Shown here: piece after piece, positions 1-9,526 of the stretch
How the letters are laid out: every line of letters begins with the position of its first letter
Position numbering within the stretch: position 1 is the first letter of the stretch
Assembly: GCA_963828525.1 (NCBI GenBank)
Contig: CAWHEP010000002.1
Coordinates: 192,001 to 256,000, forward strand
Direction of reading: 5' to 3'
DNA from: an uncultured Verrucomicrobiae bacterium
Lineage (GTDB): Bacteria; Verrucomicrobiota; Verrucomicrobiia; Chthoniobacterales; Chthoniobacteraceae
Length of the DNA stretch: 64,000 bases
Made by a program: the position numbers and the translations under genes
Notes under the pieces: generated by a model
Databases searched by the model: none
Told to the model about the DNA's origin: nothing
What the model saw: the letters and a program-made list of their open reading frames with translations, nothing else

Positions 1-1278
1 TGCCACGCGACGTGGATGCCTTCCTCAATGTCGAGTTTCCGACTGCTGATCCACGCGACACCCGCGTGGTCCAGCGGCGCAGTCTCGGCGGCGTGAACCA
101 CCTGCCAGAGCAGGCTCGCGCGCGCAGCGAATTTATTTTGACGGCCGAGATTTGAAACCGCGACCGCCGCGAGTCCGACGCCGAGCGCGACGACGGCGGC
201 ACGTTTCCAGGGCGCTGTGCCCGCCTCGAACAACATTCCGATGAGGATGCAAATGAGGATGTCCAGCCCCCATACCGCGGGCATCGAGTAGCGCCCACAG
301 ATGCCGGAGATTTTCAAATAAATCCCGATGCCGAAAACAAAAATCATCGCCGCGCCGAGCAGAGCTTTCCGATTTTCGCGCCACGTTTTCACCAGCAGTT
401 CGCGCAGGCCGAAATCCTTCAGCAGTGCGATCAGAGCCAGCGCAAAACCCGCGGCCATGAAGTCGATGCTCACCGCGCCCTTCACCGCGCCGAGCATCCC
501 CGCCAACTGGTGCAATTTGTGACCACCGACCTCGGTACTGCCCGGGACGCCAGTTCGAAATAAAAACGATGTAATGCGCCACCGGCAGGCTCAACGTGGA
601 GCAGAGGATGAGCGCGCCGCGCCAGTTTTTACGCAGCCCGGAAAGCAGCGCGTGACCGTCCGACGAGACGCGGAAAAATACCTGCGCCGGGATGAGCGCG
701 GCGAATGTGTTTTTGCAACCAAGTGCGACGAGCATGCAGAACGCGCCAGCCAAATCCCACCGCAATGCCCTCTCACTTCGCGCAGCGCGCAACGCGCACA
801 CGAACGCGAAGAGCGCGTATGGCATCGCGAATCCCTCGGACAACGTGAGGCTCGTCCAAATTTCGTTCCGGTACGGATTCCACATCGCGAGCGCGGCGGT
901 GAAAAGCGAGGCGCGCCAGGAAAAATTCAGCTCCAGCGAAAGCAGCAACAGCGTTGCGCACGATAGGCCGGTGAATGCAAAACGCGCCGCTCGCCAGACG
1001 AACGGATTCGCGTGAAACAACTCCGCTTCCACGCGCCAGTGTGCCCAGAGCGTGGGACGGAACGGACCAAGGTCGCGGTAGTTGGCCACCACGGCATCAC
1101 AGTAGTAGCGCACTTTCCCGGACAGTTCTGCGGCATGCGACGGATAGACAAGATTGCCGTCGTCGATGAAGTCGAACGGCGTGCAGAGCGTCGGCAAATA
1201 AATCGCCGAGATGAGGAATGCCCATGCAAAAATTGTGCGGAGGGATTTTTTCGGGTGGGAATAGGGGTCAGGCAACAT
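1..1278 (-). CDS. Multi-pass membrane protein, GT-C/PMT-like glycosyltransferase; +1 frameshift near 534, 3' end runs off the window
   Basis: First TM is followed by FDFIDD, then GPFRP, then many hydrophobic helices. Removing one G at 534-535 continues a hydrophobic frame (EVGGHKLHQLAGMLG...GRYSMPAVWGLD...) open to base 1. Start uncertain (ATG 1278). Confidence 0.65.
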
Positions 1279-1615
1279 TTCTTGACCGATTGATCCACTT
1301 TGAAGGGGGACGGGGAGCTTCGTCTTTCGGTTTGGCTGGCGGCGCAGTTGTTGGCTGGCGTTTTCGGGGCTTTTCATGGCTAGGTGGCTTGCGATCCACC
1401 GCAAATCCGCCTGGGTGTTTTCCCATATAACCCGGGCTATGGCGACCTTTATAGGTTGCTGCCCGGTGTGACTGCCAGCTCCCGGTCGCTTAACCCCGCG
1501 GCTTGCAATCCCTGCGCCAGTGACCGCCCCGCCTCTTGCTGGCCCTGGGCGCGGCTTTCCCCACATGCACGGTTTCCGCGGTGGCCCGCCCTTTTCAAGG
1601 TCGCCTCCCCGAGCC
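1268..1615 (-). pseudogene. C-terminal remnant of a REP-associated tyrosine transposase (RAYT-like)
   Basis: Stitched frames read LAQGLQAAGLSDRELAVTPGSN/KVAIARVIWENTQADLRWIASHLAMKSPENASQQLRR.../WINRSRNVA*, ending in TGACCCC. Resembles the C-terminal extension of verrucomicrobial RAYTs as I recall them. No HUH catalytic part; frameshifted. Confidence 0.6.
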
Positions 1616-1690
1616 TCCCCTCCTCCCCACCACCCGGATGCGTGCTTGCTTATTCCCGCCCCTTAGCCCACTTTCGCTGGTTTTTACGGG

Positions 1691-3067
1691 ATGGAATTCG
1701 TCAATCTTACGCGAAGAATCGAAATCGGCGCGAATTGCTATTGCCTCTCCGTAGCGGGTAAAAACATCGTTCTGGATTGTGGGATGCATCCCAAGGCGGA
1801 TGGCGAGGACGCGCTGCCTGACATCGGGCTGCTTCCCGATGAATCGGTGGATGCCATCGTTCTCACGCACGCTCACCACGATCACCTCGGCTCCATGCCA
1901 ATACTGATGCGGCATCATCCGCGCCGCCCCGTCCTGATGACAGAGGCCACCCGGCGTCTTTCGGACGTGATGCTTCACAACTCCGTAAACGTGATGTGCA
2001 AGAAGCGGGAAGATGAGGGAATCGGCATTTATCCGCTCTTCACTCATCGCGAAGTCGAGCAAGGCGCGAAGCAGTGGCGGAGTTGTCCCCTGGAGCATCA
2101 TTTTTCCATCGAAGGCGAGAAACTGCGCCCCGGCGAGAAAGAGGATGTGACGCTTGAGTTTTTCGACGCCGGCCACATTCTGGGTTCCGCAGGGGTGATG
2201 ATCCGCGGGGAAGGCCGGTCGGTGTTTTATACGGGAGACGTGAACTTCGAGGATCAGACAATTTCCCAGGCGGCGCGGTTCCCTGAGGAGAAGCTGGATG
2301 TTCTCATCGTGGAAACCACGCGCGGCGACCGGGCAGCTCCTGAAGGGTTCACGCGAAAGGGCGAAGAACTGCGGTTCGCCAAAGCGTTGCAGGCTGGCAT
2401 AAAACGCGGCGCCGCGATCCTGGTGCCATTGTTTGCCCTTGGCAAAACGCAGGAGGTGCTGGCGATGATCCATGCCTTCCGCCGCGGCGGTTTGCTTCCC
2501 ATCGTTCCGGTCTATATCGGAGGTCTAAGCACGAAGCTTACCGAGATATACGACCGCCTCGCGCCGTTCGTGCCGCGCCAGCAGCCAGGGCTTCAGATCC
2601 TCGACGCCGTTGCCCCCTTCGTCATGGCGGGCAGGAGCGCCGGGGACACTCCTCTCGGCAAAGGAAAGATCTACGGACTCTCAAGCGGAATGATGACCGA
2701 GAAAACGCTCTCTAATGGCTTCGCGCGGCGGCTGCTCAGCGTCCCAGAGCAGGCGCTCTTCTTTGTGGGTTACGCGGATCCGGCGTCTCCCGCTGGAAAA
2801 ATCAAAGCGGCAAAACAGGGGGACCTCGTCACGGTTGATCCCGCGTTCCCGCCGCAGAAGCTGCACTGCCAGATCGAGGAGTTTAACTTCAGCGCGCACG
2901 CTTCACGGGAAAGCATCCGCGGCTACATTCGGAAAGTTTCGCCAAGGAAGATCATCCTGGTGCATGGAGACGCCCCTGCGATCACCTGGTTCCGGGAAAC
3001 TCTCGCTGTCGATCTGCCCGAAAGCGAAATCCTCTGCCCGGAGCCCGGGGTAAAAATCGAGATTTAA
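1691..3067 (+). CDS. MBL-fold beta-CASP ribonuclease (CPSF73/YSH1-like)
   Basis: LDCG, THAHHDH, AGHILGS, YTGD, FSAHA and VHGD motifs. Confidence 0.92.
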   Translation: MEFVNLTRRIEIGANCYCLSVAGKNIVLDCGMHPKADGEDALPDIGLLPDESVDAIVLTHAHHDHLGSMPILMRHHPRRPVLMTEATRRLSDVMLHNSVNVMCKKREDEGIGIYPLFTHREVEQGAKQWRSCPLEHHFSIEGEKLRPGEKEDVTLEFFDAGHILGSAGVMIRGEGRSVFYTGDVNFEDQTISQAARFPEEKLDVLIVETTRGDRAAPEGFTRKGEELRFAKALQAGIKRGAAILVPLFALGKTQEVLAMIHAFRRGGLLPIVPVYIGGLSTKLTEIYDRLAPFVPRQQPGLQILDAVAPFVMAGRSAGDTPLGKGKIYGLSSGMMTEKTLSNGFARRLLSVPEQALFFVGYADPASPAGKIKAAKQGDLVTVDPAFPPQKLHCQIEEFNFSAHASRESIRGYIRKVSPRKIILVHGDAPAITWFRETLAVDLPESEILCPEPGVKIEI

Positions 3068-3115
3068 AGACGCGGGCCTCTCGAGCGGGGCGCGGCGCGG
3101 CGGAGAAGGTCGGGC

Positions 3116-4846
3116 CTAACCTGGAATTTCCTTCAACATCTGCGCGTTGGTCGGGAACTTCTTCACGAAGCTGAGGAGACGCTCGATGGCTTCAACCGGC
3201 TTGTGACCCGCCAGTCCCCGTCGGATGACATTGATCTTCTCGAGCTCGTGCTGAGGCAGAAGCAACTCCTCCCGGCGGGTGCCGGAAAGGAAGATGTCTA
3301 TCGCGGGGTAGATCCGCTGGTCGCTTATCTTGCGGTCTAGAACGAGTTCCATATTCCCGGTGCCCTTGAACTCCTGGAAGATCAGATCGTCCATGCGGCT
3401 GCCCGTCTCAATCAACGCGGTGGCCATGATCGTAAGTGAACCGGCCTCCTCCGTATTCCGAGCCGCGGCGAACAGCTTCCGGGGAATCTCCATCGCGCGA
3501 GCGTCCATGCCGCCGCTAAGGGTGCGACCGCTGCCCGTCATCGCATTGTTAAACGCGCGTCCGACTCGCGTCAGGGAGTCGAGCAGGATGAAGACGTCTT
3601 TGCTGGCCTCCACGAGCCGCTTGGCGCGCTCAATCGCGAGCTGCGCGATGCGCGTATGGCTCTTCAGGTCGCTGTCATTCGAACTCGCCATGATCTCGGC
3701 CTGCGGCACCGTGCGGCGGATCTCAGTGACTTCCTCAGGACGTTCATCCACCAGCAGGATGATCAGCTTCATCTCCGGGTGGTTCTTTACAACAGCATCC
3801 GCGATATGCTGGAGCAAGGTGGTCTTGCCCGTGCGCGGAGGAGCCACGATGAGGCCGCGCTGCCCTTTCCCCACGGGCGTCATCATATCGATGATGCGGG
3901 TCGTAAAACGCTCGGGGACCGTTTCCAGCCGTATGCGACGGTTCGGGTTTATGGTGGTCAATTCCTCGAAATTGGGCAGGTTCCTGCACTGTTCGGGATC
4001 GCCCCCATCGACCTCGGTTATGCGGTGAAGTTGAGGCCCCCGCCCGCCACGGCGAATCTCTCCGCGCAGCCACATGCCATCGCGCAGAAAGAAACGGCGC
4101 ACGGCCTCCGGCGTCACAAAAATATCCAGCGGGCTTTGGTTGAAGCTCCGCTTGGCGTCCCGCAGAAAGCCAAAGCCTTTACCGGAAACCTCTACGATGC
4201 CCTCACCGTACTGAATCTCCACGGGTTCGTTGCGCTCGGGGCGTGGGGCTTCGTTGCGGTCAAACCGGGGAGGGTACTCGGGTCGTCGATCCTGACGGTC
4301 ATGCCGATCATGACGCTCCGGACGTGGCTGGTACGGCGGACGTTCCGAATAGGGCCGCTGCTCGCCGCTCGGGCGTTGCGCCCCGCTCGAATGCTGCTCA
4401 CCAGCAGGACGCTGCTCGCCAGCGTAGCGGGCCGCTTCAGGTATTTGGCTCGCCGCATTCGCCCCATCCGCTGAAGCCCCGCCGTCCACCGAAGCCTCTG
4501 CGGCCGCGGGTTCCCTGACCGGTTCAGGCGCCACGGGTTCAACCACGGCCACAGGCACGGGCGCCGCCGTCGCGGAATGTATCTCTATCGGAGGCGCAGA
4601 TTCCGCGTGAGGCGTCACTGGATGGTCGGCATGCATTACGTTCGGCGGCGCGGCAGGCGCTTCTGCGGCCGGGGCTTGTGCCGCCTGCTGTTGCCCATCC
4701 TTCGCGGCGGCGCCTGCCGCTTCGCTTAGCTCTGGCTGCGTCGCTGCTGCGACGCGCTTTTTTGCCGGGGCGCGCTTTCTGACGGGCTTTTTGGGCGCGC
4801 TGATCTGCTCTCCCGCCACCGGGGTCTCTTCGCTTGACTCGCTCAT
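3116..4846 (-). CDS. rho: Transcription termination factor Rho with long low-complexity N-terminal extension
   Basis: GFGFLR, GKGQRGLIVAPPRTGKT, DERPEEVT, FKGTGNMEL, SGTRREELL; start taken at MSESSEE. Confidence 0.97.
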   Translation of the reverse strand: MSESSEETPVAGEQISAPKKPVRKRAPAKKRVAAATQPELSEAAGAAAKDGQQQAAQAPAAEAPAAPPNVMHADHPVTPHAESAPPIEIHSATAAPVPVAVVEPVAPEPVREPAAAEASVDGGASADGANAASQIPEAARYAGEQRPAGEQHSSGAQRPSGEQRPYSERPPYQPRPERHDRHDRQDRRPEYPPRFDRNEAPRPERNEPVEIQYGEGIVEVSGKGFGFLRDAKRSFNQSPLDIFVTPEAVRRFFLRDGMWLRGEIRRGGRGPQLHRITEVDGGDPEQCRNLPNFEELTTINPNRRIRLETVPERFTTRIIDMMTPVGKGQRGLIVAPPRTGKTTLLQHIADAVVKNHPEMKLIILLVDERPEEVTEIRRTVPQAEIMASSNDSDLKSHTRIAQLAIERAKRLVEASKDVFILLDSLTRVGRAFNNAMTGSGRTLSGGMDARAMEIPRKLFAAARNTEEAGSLTIMATALIETGSRMDDLIFQEFKGTGNMELVLDRKISDQRIYPAIDIFLSGTRREELLLPQHELEKINVIRRGLAGHKPVEAIERLLSFVKKFPTNAQMLKEIPG

Positions 4847-4920
4847 AATGAATGTAGTTCCTACCGCAACTGGGTTGACCTGAAACAAAGCGCTTTCGCC
4901 GCAATCGCGTTACCTGGCCG

Positions 4921-5072
4921 GTGAAGCCTCGCTCCTCGTCCGGCCGGAAATCTCCTCCCCTTCAAGTTTGACTATGCGCATTCAGGTCGAATGTGGCTGC
5001 TCGCCAGCCCATAAAGCCTCCCCTGGGGAGCGAACAGTATTCCGGCCAAATTACTTGGAGCTTGCGGCCACA
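4921..5072. ncRNA. Candidate structured RNA (long irregular hairpin) in the typA-rho intergenic region; 6S-like RNA or rho leader
   Basis: Nested complementary blocks: 4921-4935 with 5057-5071, CGGCCGGAAAT 4941-4951 with ATTCCGGCCA 5039-5048, CTCCCC 4955-4960 with GGGGAG 5025-5030, plus apical hairpins. Confidence 0.45.
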
Positions 5073-5146
5073 CGCCTCATGCGGATGGAATTTCGAGAAG
5101 GGCTGTGATCAACCCGCGTCTACTAGAACCAAAATTAGCTGAATTG

Positions 5147-6958
5147 TCAACCTGTCTTGCTGGACGCTCGCTTCCGGGCGCCCGCCGAGAGGTGTTTTTT
5201 TCTTAGTCTCAGACTCTTCGGCGTGGCTTCGACGTATTCGTCCGGCCCGATATATTCCAACGCGCGCTCCAAACTCATACGCAACGGCGCTTCAAGCTGG
5301 ATGCCTTTGCCATCGCCCTGGCTGCGCATATTCGTGAGGTGCTTGGCTTTGCACGGGTTCACACCCATGTCCTCCGGTCGCGCGTTCTCACCCACGATCA
5401 TCCCCTCGTAGATTTCCTCCTGCGGGCCTACGAACAGGCGTCCGCGTTCCTGGATATTGTTCAGCGCGTAGGCCGTGGCAATGCCCGCTTCCATCGCGAC
5501 CAGCACGCCATTGTTCCTGCTCGAGATCTCTCCCTTGAACGGGCCATACTCCTTGAACAGGTGGCTCATGATGCCATGCCCCTTCGTGAGGTTCACGAGA
5601 TCCGTCTCAAATCCGATCAAACCCCGGGTCGGCGCCGTCGCTTCAACCAGGACGCTATGACTTTGGTGATCCATATTGACGATCTCAGCCTTGCGTCCCG
5701 CAAGGGACTGGAGGATGTCGCCCAGGTTCTCTGCGGGTACATCCACATAGACCGTCTCGAAGGGCTCAAGCAGGCCGCCGTGATCATCGCGCTTGAAGAT
5801 GACCTCCGGGCGGGAGACAAGCAATTCATACCCTTCCCGGCGCATCTGTTCCACGAGGATCGCGATCTGCATCTCGCCGCGCGCGCTGATTTCGAACACA
5901 CCCGCCGTGTCCGTATCTTTGACGGTGATCGAAACGTTTGTGCGCGTCTCACGCACCAGACGCTCCTTGAGATGGCGCGCCGTGAGGAATTTCCCCTCGC
6001 GTCCAGCCAGCGGAGAGTCGTTCACCACGATCCTCATCTGGATGGTGGGCGGATCGATGTCCACGAAATCCAGCGCCACCCGCTCTTCGGAGTCCGTCAG
6101 CGTCTCGCCGATGAAAACATCCTCAAATCCGCACAGACCGATGATGTCCCCGGCGGAGGCGTGTTTGACTTCGATTTTTGCCAAACCCTCGTGGCTGAAA
6201 AGCGCGGTGACGTTCCCCCGCTCGCGATTTCCTTCGTTATGGATGCAAACAATCGAGTCTCCTAAAGCCACCCGTCCGCTCACAATGCGTCCATAGGCGA
6301 TGCGCCCCAGATAATCGCTGTAATCAAGGTTCGAAACGATCATCTGGAAAAAAGCTTCGTTCGAAATCGCTGGCGGCGGGATTTCTTTCACGATCGCCTC
6401 GAACAGCGGCTGCATGGTCTCGCTTTGGTCGCGGATGTCCCGCATCGCGTACCCCTGCTTCGCGCTGGCGTAGATCACCGGAAAATCGAGCTGCTGGTCG
6501 TTCGCCTTCAACTCGATGAAGAGGTCGAAAACCATGTCCAGCACTTTGTGCGGCCGGGCGTTTTCACGGTCGATCTTGTTGATGACCACGATCGGCTGTG
6601 AACCATTTTGAAGCGCCTTCCTCAGAACAAACTTTGTCTGGGCCTGCGGGCCATCGTGCGCGTCCACGACAAGGAGAACGCCATCCACCATCTTCATGAT
6701 CCGCTCCACCTCTCCGCCGAAGTCCGCGTGGCCGGGAGTGTCCACTATATTAATGTGGTAGCCGTTCCACTGGAAGGCGGCGTTCTTCGCCCTGATGGTG
6801 ATCCCCTTCTCCCGCTCCAAATCCATCGAATCCATGACCCGCTCTTCCACCTTCTGATTCGTCCGAAACGTGCCCGATTGCCGCAGCAACTGATCCACGA
6901 GCGTCGTCTTGCCGTGATCGACGTGCGCTATGATTGCTATATTTCTGATTCTATCCAT
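5147..6958 (-). CDS. typA: Translational GTPase TypA/BipA
   Basis: [53 protein letters not shown]; alternative start 6997. Confidence 0.98.
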   Translation of the reverse strand: MDRIRNIAIIAHVDHGKTTLVDQLLRQSGTFRTNQKVEERVMDSMDLEREKGITIRAKNAAFQWNGYHINIVDTPGHADFGGEVERIMKMVDGVLLVVDAHDGPQAQTKFVLRKALQNGSQPIVVINKIDRENARPHKVLDMVFDLFIELKANDQQLDFPVIYASAKQGYAMRDIRDQSETMQPLFEAIVKEIPPPAISNEAFFQMIVSNLDYSDYLGRIAYGRIVSGRVALGDSIVCIHNEGNRERGNVTALFSHEGLAKIEVKHASAGDIIGLCGFEDVFIGETLTDSEERVALDFVDIDPPTIQMRIVVNDSPLAGREGKFLTARHLKERLVRETRTNVSITVKDTDTAGVFEISARGEMQIAILVEQMRREGYELLVSRPEVIFKRDDHGGLLEPFETVYVDVPAENLGDILQSLAGRKAEIVNMDHQSHSVLVEATAPTRGLIGFETDLVNLTKGHGIMSHLFKEYGPFKGEISSRNNGVLVAMEAGIATAYALNNIQERGRLFVGPQEEIYEGMIVGENARPEDMGVNPCKAKHLTNMRSQGDGKGIQLEAPLRMSLERALEYIGPDEYVEATPKSLRLRKKHLSAGARKRASSKTG

Positions 6959-7021
6959 AGGAAGTGCGGGGCCGGGACTATCAACGGGCGGGGTCATTTA
7001 GTCAACGATGGGAATTAACGG

Positions 7022-7060
7022 AAAAAAAGCGGGTTTCCGAGGCCTTCAGAACCCAGTCGC
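7022..7060 (-). terminator. Intrinsic terminator-like hairpin with U-tract upstream of typA
   Basis: Minus strand GGGTTCTGA-AGGCC-TCGGAAACCC-GC-TTTTTTT. Confidence 0.6.
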
Positions 7061-7110
7061 TTGCGGGGATTTCCCAACGATTAGCACCGTCCGGGAGTGG
7101 CCCTTGCGGG

Positions 7111-7353
7111 CTATTCAGGCGCCGACATCTCGAAAACAGTGGGCGCTTCATTCGGCCCGTGGCCGGCCCGTGGTTCAAGGCTTAGCGACTTGTAGGCGCG
7201 ATCCAGCGCGACCGGGTCGCCCCGCAGTTCGGGGAAGACATCGACGAGCCGCTGCAAAATGTACTGTTTCGCCATCCCGCGCTCGACCGGATGCAGGAAA
7301 CGATCGCTGCGAAACGCCCGGCGGAAAACTTCGATCAACCCGTTCTTCACCAC
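7111..7353 (-). CDS. Small hypothetical protein (80 aa)
   Basis: Natural-looking sequence FRRAFRSDRFLHPVERGMAKQYILQRL...DPVALDRAY; fills the gap between typA and the FmdB-like gene. Confidence 0.65.
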   Translation of the reverse strand: MVKNGLIEVFRRAFRSDRFLHPVERGMAKQYILQRLVDVFPELRGDPVALDRAYKSLSLEPRAGHGPNEAPTVFEMSAPE

Positions 7354-7440
7354 ACTCTTTCGCCCGGTTCGCGATAATTTTCAAATACCTGTTTTCTTTT
7401 TGACCCTCCCGCCCGCCCGGTGCGATATTACCGCAACACC

Positions 7441-7680
7441 ATGGCTACCTATCTCTATGAGACGATTCCCGGCGCGCAGAACCAGCCGCCGCGCCGTTTT
7501 GAGTTCAAGCAGAGCATGAAAGACGCCCCGTTCGCCAGCCACCCCGAGACGGGCGAGCCCATCCGCCGGGTTATTGTCGGCGGCTTTGGCCTCATGAGTT
7601 CTGGCGCGAGCGCCACGCCGAGCAGGGCCCCCTCCTCAGGCGGTTCATGTGGATGCGGCGCCGGCGGCTGTTGTTCCTGA
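7441..7680 (+). CDS. FmdB-family zinc-ribbon-like small protein (Cys-less core, Cys-rich tail)
   Basis: MATYLYE...FEFKQSMKDAP..HPETGEPIRRVI pattern; C-terminal SCGCGAGGCCS. Confidence 0.8.
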   Translation: MATYLYETIPGAQNQPPRRFEFKQSMKDAPFASHPETGEPIRRVIVGGFGLMSSGASATPSRAPSSGGSCGCGAGGCCS

Positions 7681-7710
7681 CCCTTCGCCCGCCACGAGAT
7701 CTGGCGAGCG

Positions 7711-8124
7711 TTATCTCGTCGCCGAGTTCAGGATGATCACGATCATGGCGACAGCGAGCAACGCCACCAACACTGTTACCAGAATGATCAATCCCCGATC
7801 AGCCGTCACCTGGCCGCGTTCGATCTGACGATTCACCACATGGTAACGCCACGCGGCGAGAACGGCAAGCAAGCCGCCGATCCCCACCATGGCGAAGGCA
7901 ACCATGAACGAACCGCCGATTTTTGATCCGGAATGCTCCGCGCCGGCGCTCCCTTGGTGCAGGGAGTAGTCGATCCACAGGCGAAACCTGGATATCACAA
8001 ATCCGAGCGAAATGATCGATACGCTCGTGCGGATCCAGGCGAGAAAAGTTCGCTCGTTCGCCAGAAACTCCGTTGCCTGCTTTTCTTCGGGAACGGGCTT
8101 CGCGGGCGCGGGCATGTTTCGCAT
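7711..8124 (-). CDS. DUF202/YidH inner membrane protein
   Basis: FLANERTFLAWIRTS signature plus three TM helices. Confidence 0.9.
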   Translation of the reverse strand: MRNMPAPAKPVPEEKQATEFLANERTFLAWIRTSVSIISLGFVISRFRLWIDYSLHQGSAGAEHSGSKIGGSFMVAFAMVGIGGLLAVLAAWRYHVVNRQIERGQVTADRGLIILVTVLVALLAVAMIVIILNSATR

Positions 8125-8199
8125 GTTAACACATCGTTCACCAATGCCTAGCGTTGAGGATGGCATCTCCGGCAAACGCGTGGCGCCGTCGAGGGGAGC

Positions 8200-8217
8200 T
8201 TGTGAAATATTTCACAA
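8200..8217. promoter_or_regulatory. Perfect 18-bp palindromic operator TTGTGAAATATTTCACAA (Rex-box / CRP-box consensus)
   Basis: Fits TTGTGAA-N4-TTCACAA (Rex) and TGTGA-N6-TCACA (CRP). Lies just upstream of a putative nuoD promoter TTGCGC(8224)-N18-TAAATT(8248). Confidence 0.8.
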
Positions 8218-8270
8218 TTCACCTTGCGCCACTCTTGGGCGGGCCTTTAAATTTGTCGCTTCATTCGCCG

Positions 8271-9524
8271 ATGGCCCTTACCACACACGAAATAGAAGCG
8301 CCGGATGCGCTCGCCCGCGCCGCGCTGCCGGGAGAAGTCCCCGCTGGAGAGGATATGCTCGGCGAGAAGCTGATTCTCAACATGGGTCCTTCCCACCCGG
8401 CGACACATGGCGTGTTGCGGCTGGTTCTGGAACTCGATGGAGAGATGATCACGAAGGTGACACCGCACGTCGGATACCTTCACCGCGGCGATGAAAAGAT
8501 CGCCGAGACCATGCAATACAACCAGTTCGTGCCCTACACGGATCGGCTGGATTATCTTGCCCCTCTCGCAAACAACGTGGCGTACGCCCTCGCGGTCGAG
8601 AAGTTGATGGGTTGGGAGTTGCCGCCGCGCGGCAAAGCCATTCGCGTCATCGGCTGCGAAATGGCTCGGATTTCCTCGCATCTCCTCGGCTTGGGGGCCT
8701 TTGCCTTGGATATGGGCGCGATGACCGTATTTCTCTACACCTTCACCGAGCGGGAGAAGCTCTATAATCTCTTCGAACTCCTCACCGGCGCGCGTTTCAC
8801 CACGTCCTACACACGCGTAGGCGGGCAGACTCGTGATCTCCCCGAAGGATTCATAGCCCAGTTGCGGGACTTTCTGAAGCAGTTCATCCCCCGCCTGGAT
8901 GAGACAGACAGCCTCCTGAACCGGAACCGCATCTTTGTGGATCGCACCCGTGACGTGGGTGTTATCACAAAGGAGATGGCCATCGACTACGGCATCACCG
9001 GCCCAAATCTGCGCGGATGCGGCATCGACCACGATCTGCGGAAAAAGCACCCATACCTCGACTATCAGAATTACGATTTCGACATACCCGTCGGCACTGT
9101 GGGCGATTGTTACGACCGCTACCTCGTCCGCATTGAGGAGATGCGCCAGAGTGTGCGCATCCTTGAGCAGGCTCTGGATAAACTACCCGACGGTCCGATC
9201 AACGTTGCGGACGCCAAAAATTTTCCTCCTCCGAAGACGACTGTGCTCACGAAGATGGAGGAGTTGATCCACCACTTCATCATCCATACCGAAGGCGTCG
9301 ACGCGCCTCCCGGGGAGATTTATTCCGGCGCGGAAAATCCCAAAGGCGAACTGGGATTTTACATCCGCAGTCGGGGGGGCGGAACGCCGCATCGGCTGAA
9401 GATTCGGGCCCCGTCGTTCGTAAACCTCAGCGTGCTGCCAGCAATGATGCCCGGTCACATGATGAGCGATGTAGTTGCCATCCTTGGCAGCCTTGATTTC
9501 GTAATGGGAGAGGCGGATCGCTGA
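8271..9524 (+). CDS. nuoD: NADH-quinone oxidoreductase subunit D
   Basis: LNMGPSHPATHGVLR, GYLHRG, DRLDY, ENPKGELG, GEADR terminus. Confidence 0.98.
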   Translation: MALTTHEIEAPDALARAALPGEVPAGEDMLGEKLILNMGPSHPATHGVLRLVLELDGEMITKVTPHVGYLHRGDEKIAETMQYNQFVPYTDRLDYLAPLANNVAYALAVEKLMGWELPPRGKAIRVIGCEMARISSHLLGLGAFALDMGAMTVFLYTFTEREKLYNLFELLTGARFTTSYTRVGGQTRDLPEGFIAQLRDFLKQFIPRLDETDSLLNRNRIFVDRTRDVGVITKEMAIDYGITGPNLRGCGIDHDLRKKHPYLDYQNYDFDIPVGTVGDCYDRYLVRIEEMRQSVRILEQALDKLPDGPINVADAKNFPPPKTTVLTKMEELIHHFIIHTEGVDAPPGEIYSGAENPKGELGFYIRSRGGGTPHRLKIRAPSFVNLSVLPAMMPGHMMSDVVAILGSLDFVMGEADR

Positions 9525-9526
9525 CC

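Noticed and set aside
133..1566. 477-aa ORF as a single protein
   Set aside because: Chimera of a transposase remnant, the GT-C gene and an out-of-frame tail after the frameshift at ~534.
1691..4846. Functional link between beta-CASP nuclease and Rho as a termination module
   Set aside because: Genes are merely convergent; nothing in the sequence supports coupling.
4975..5005. SRP (4.5S) RNA suggested by TCAGGTC
   Set aside because: Lacks the GNRA-capped domain IV and the following AGCAG motif.
7050..7100. SAM-I riboswitch suggested by GGTGCTAAT on the minus strand
   Set aside because: Other conserved elements (ATC.AGA, GCAACC, GAT 3' strand) are absent and there is too little room.
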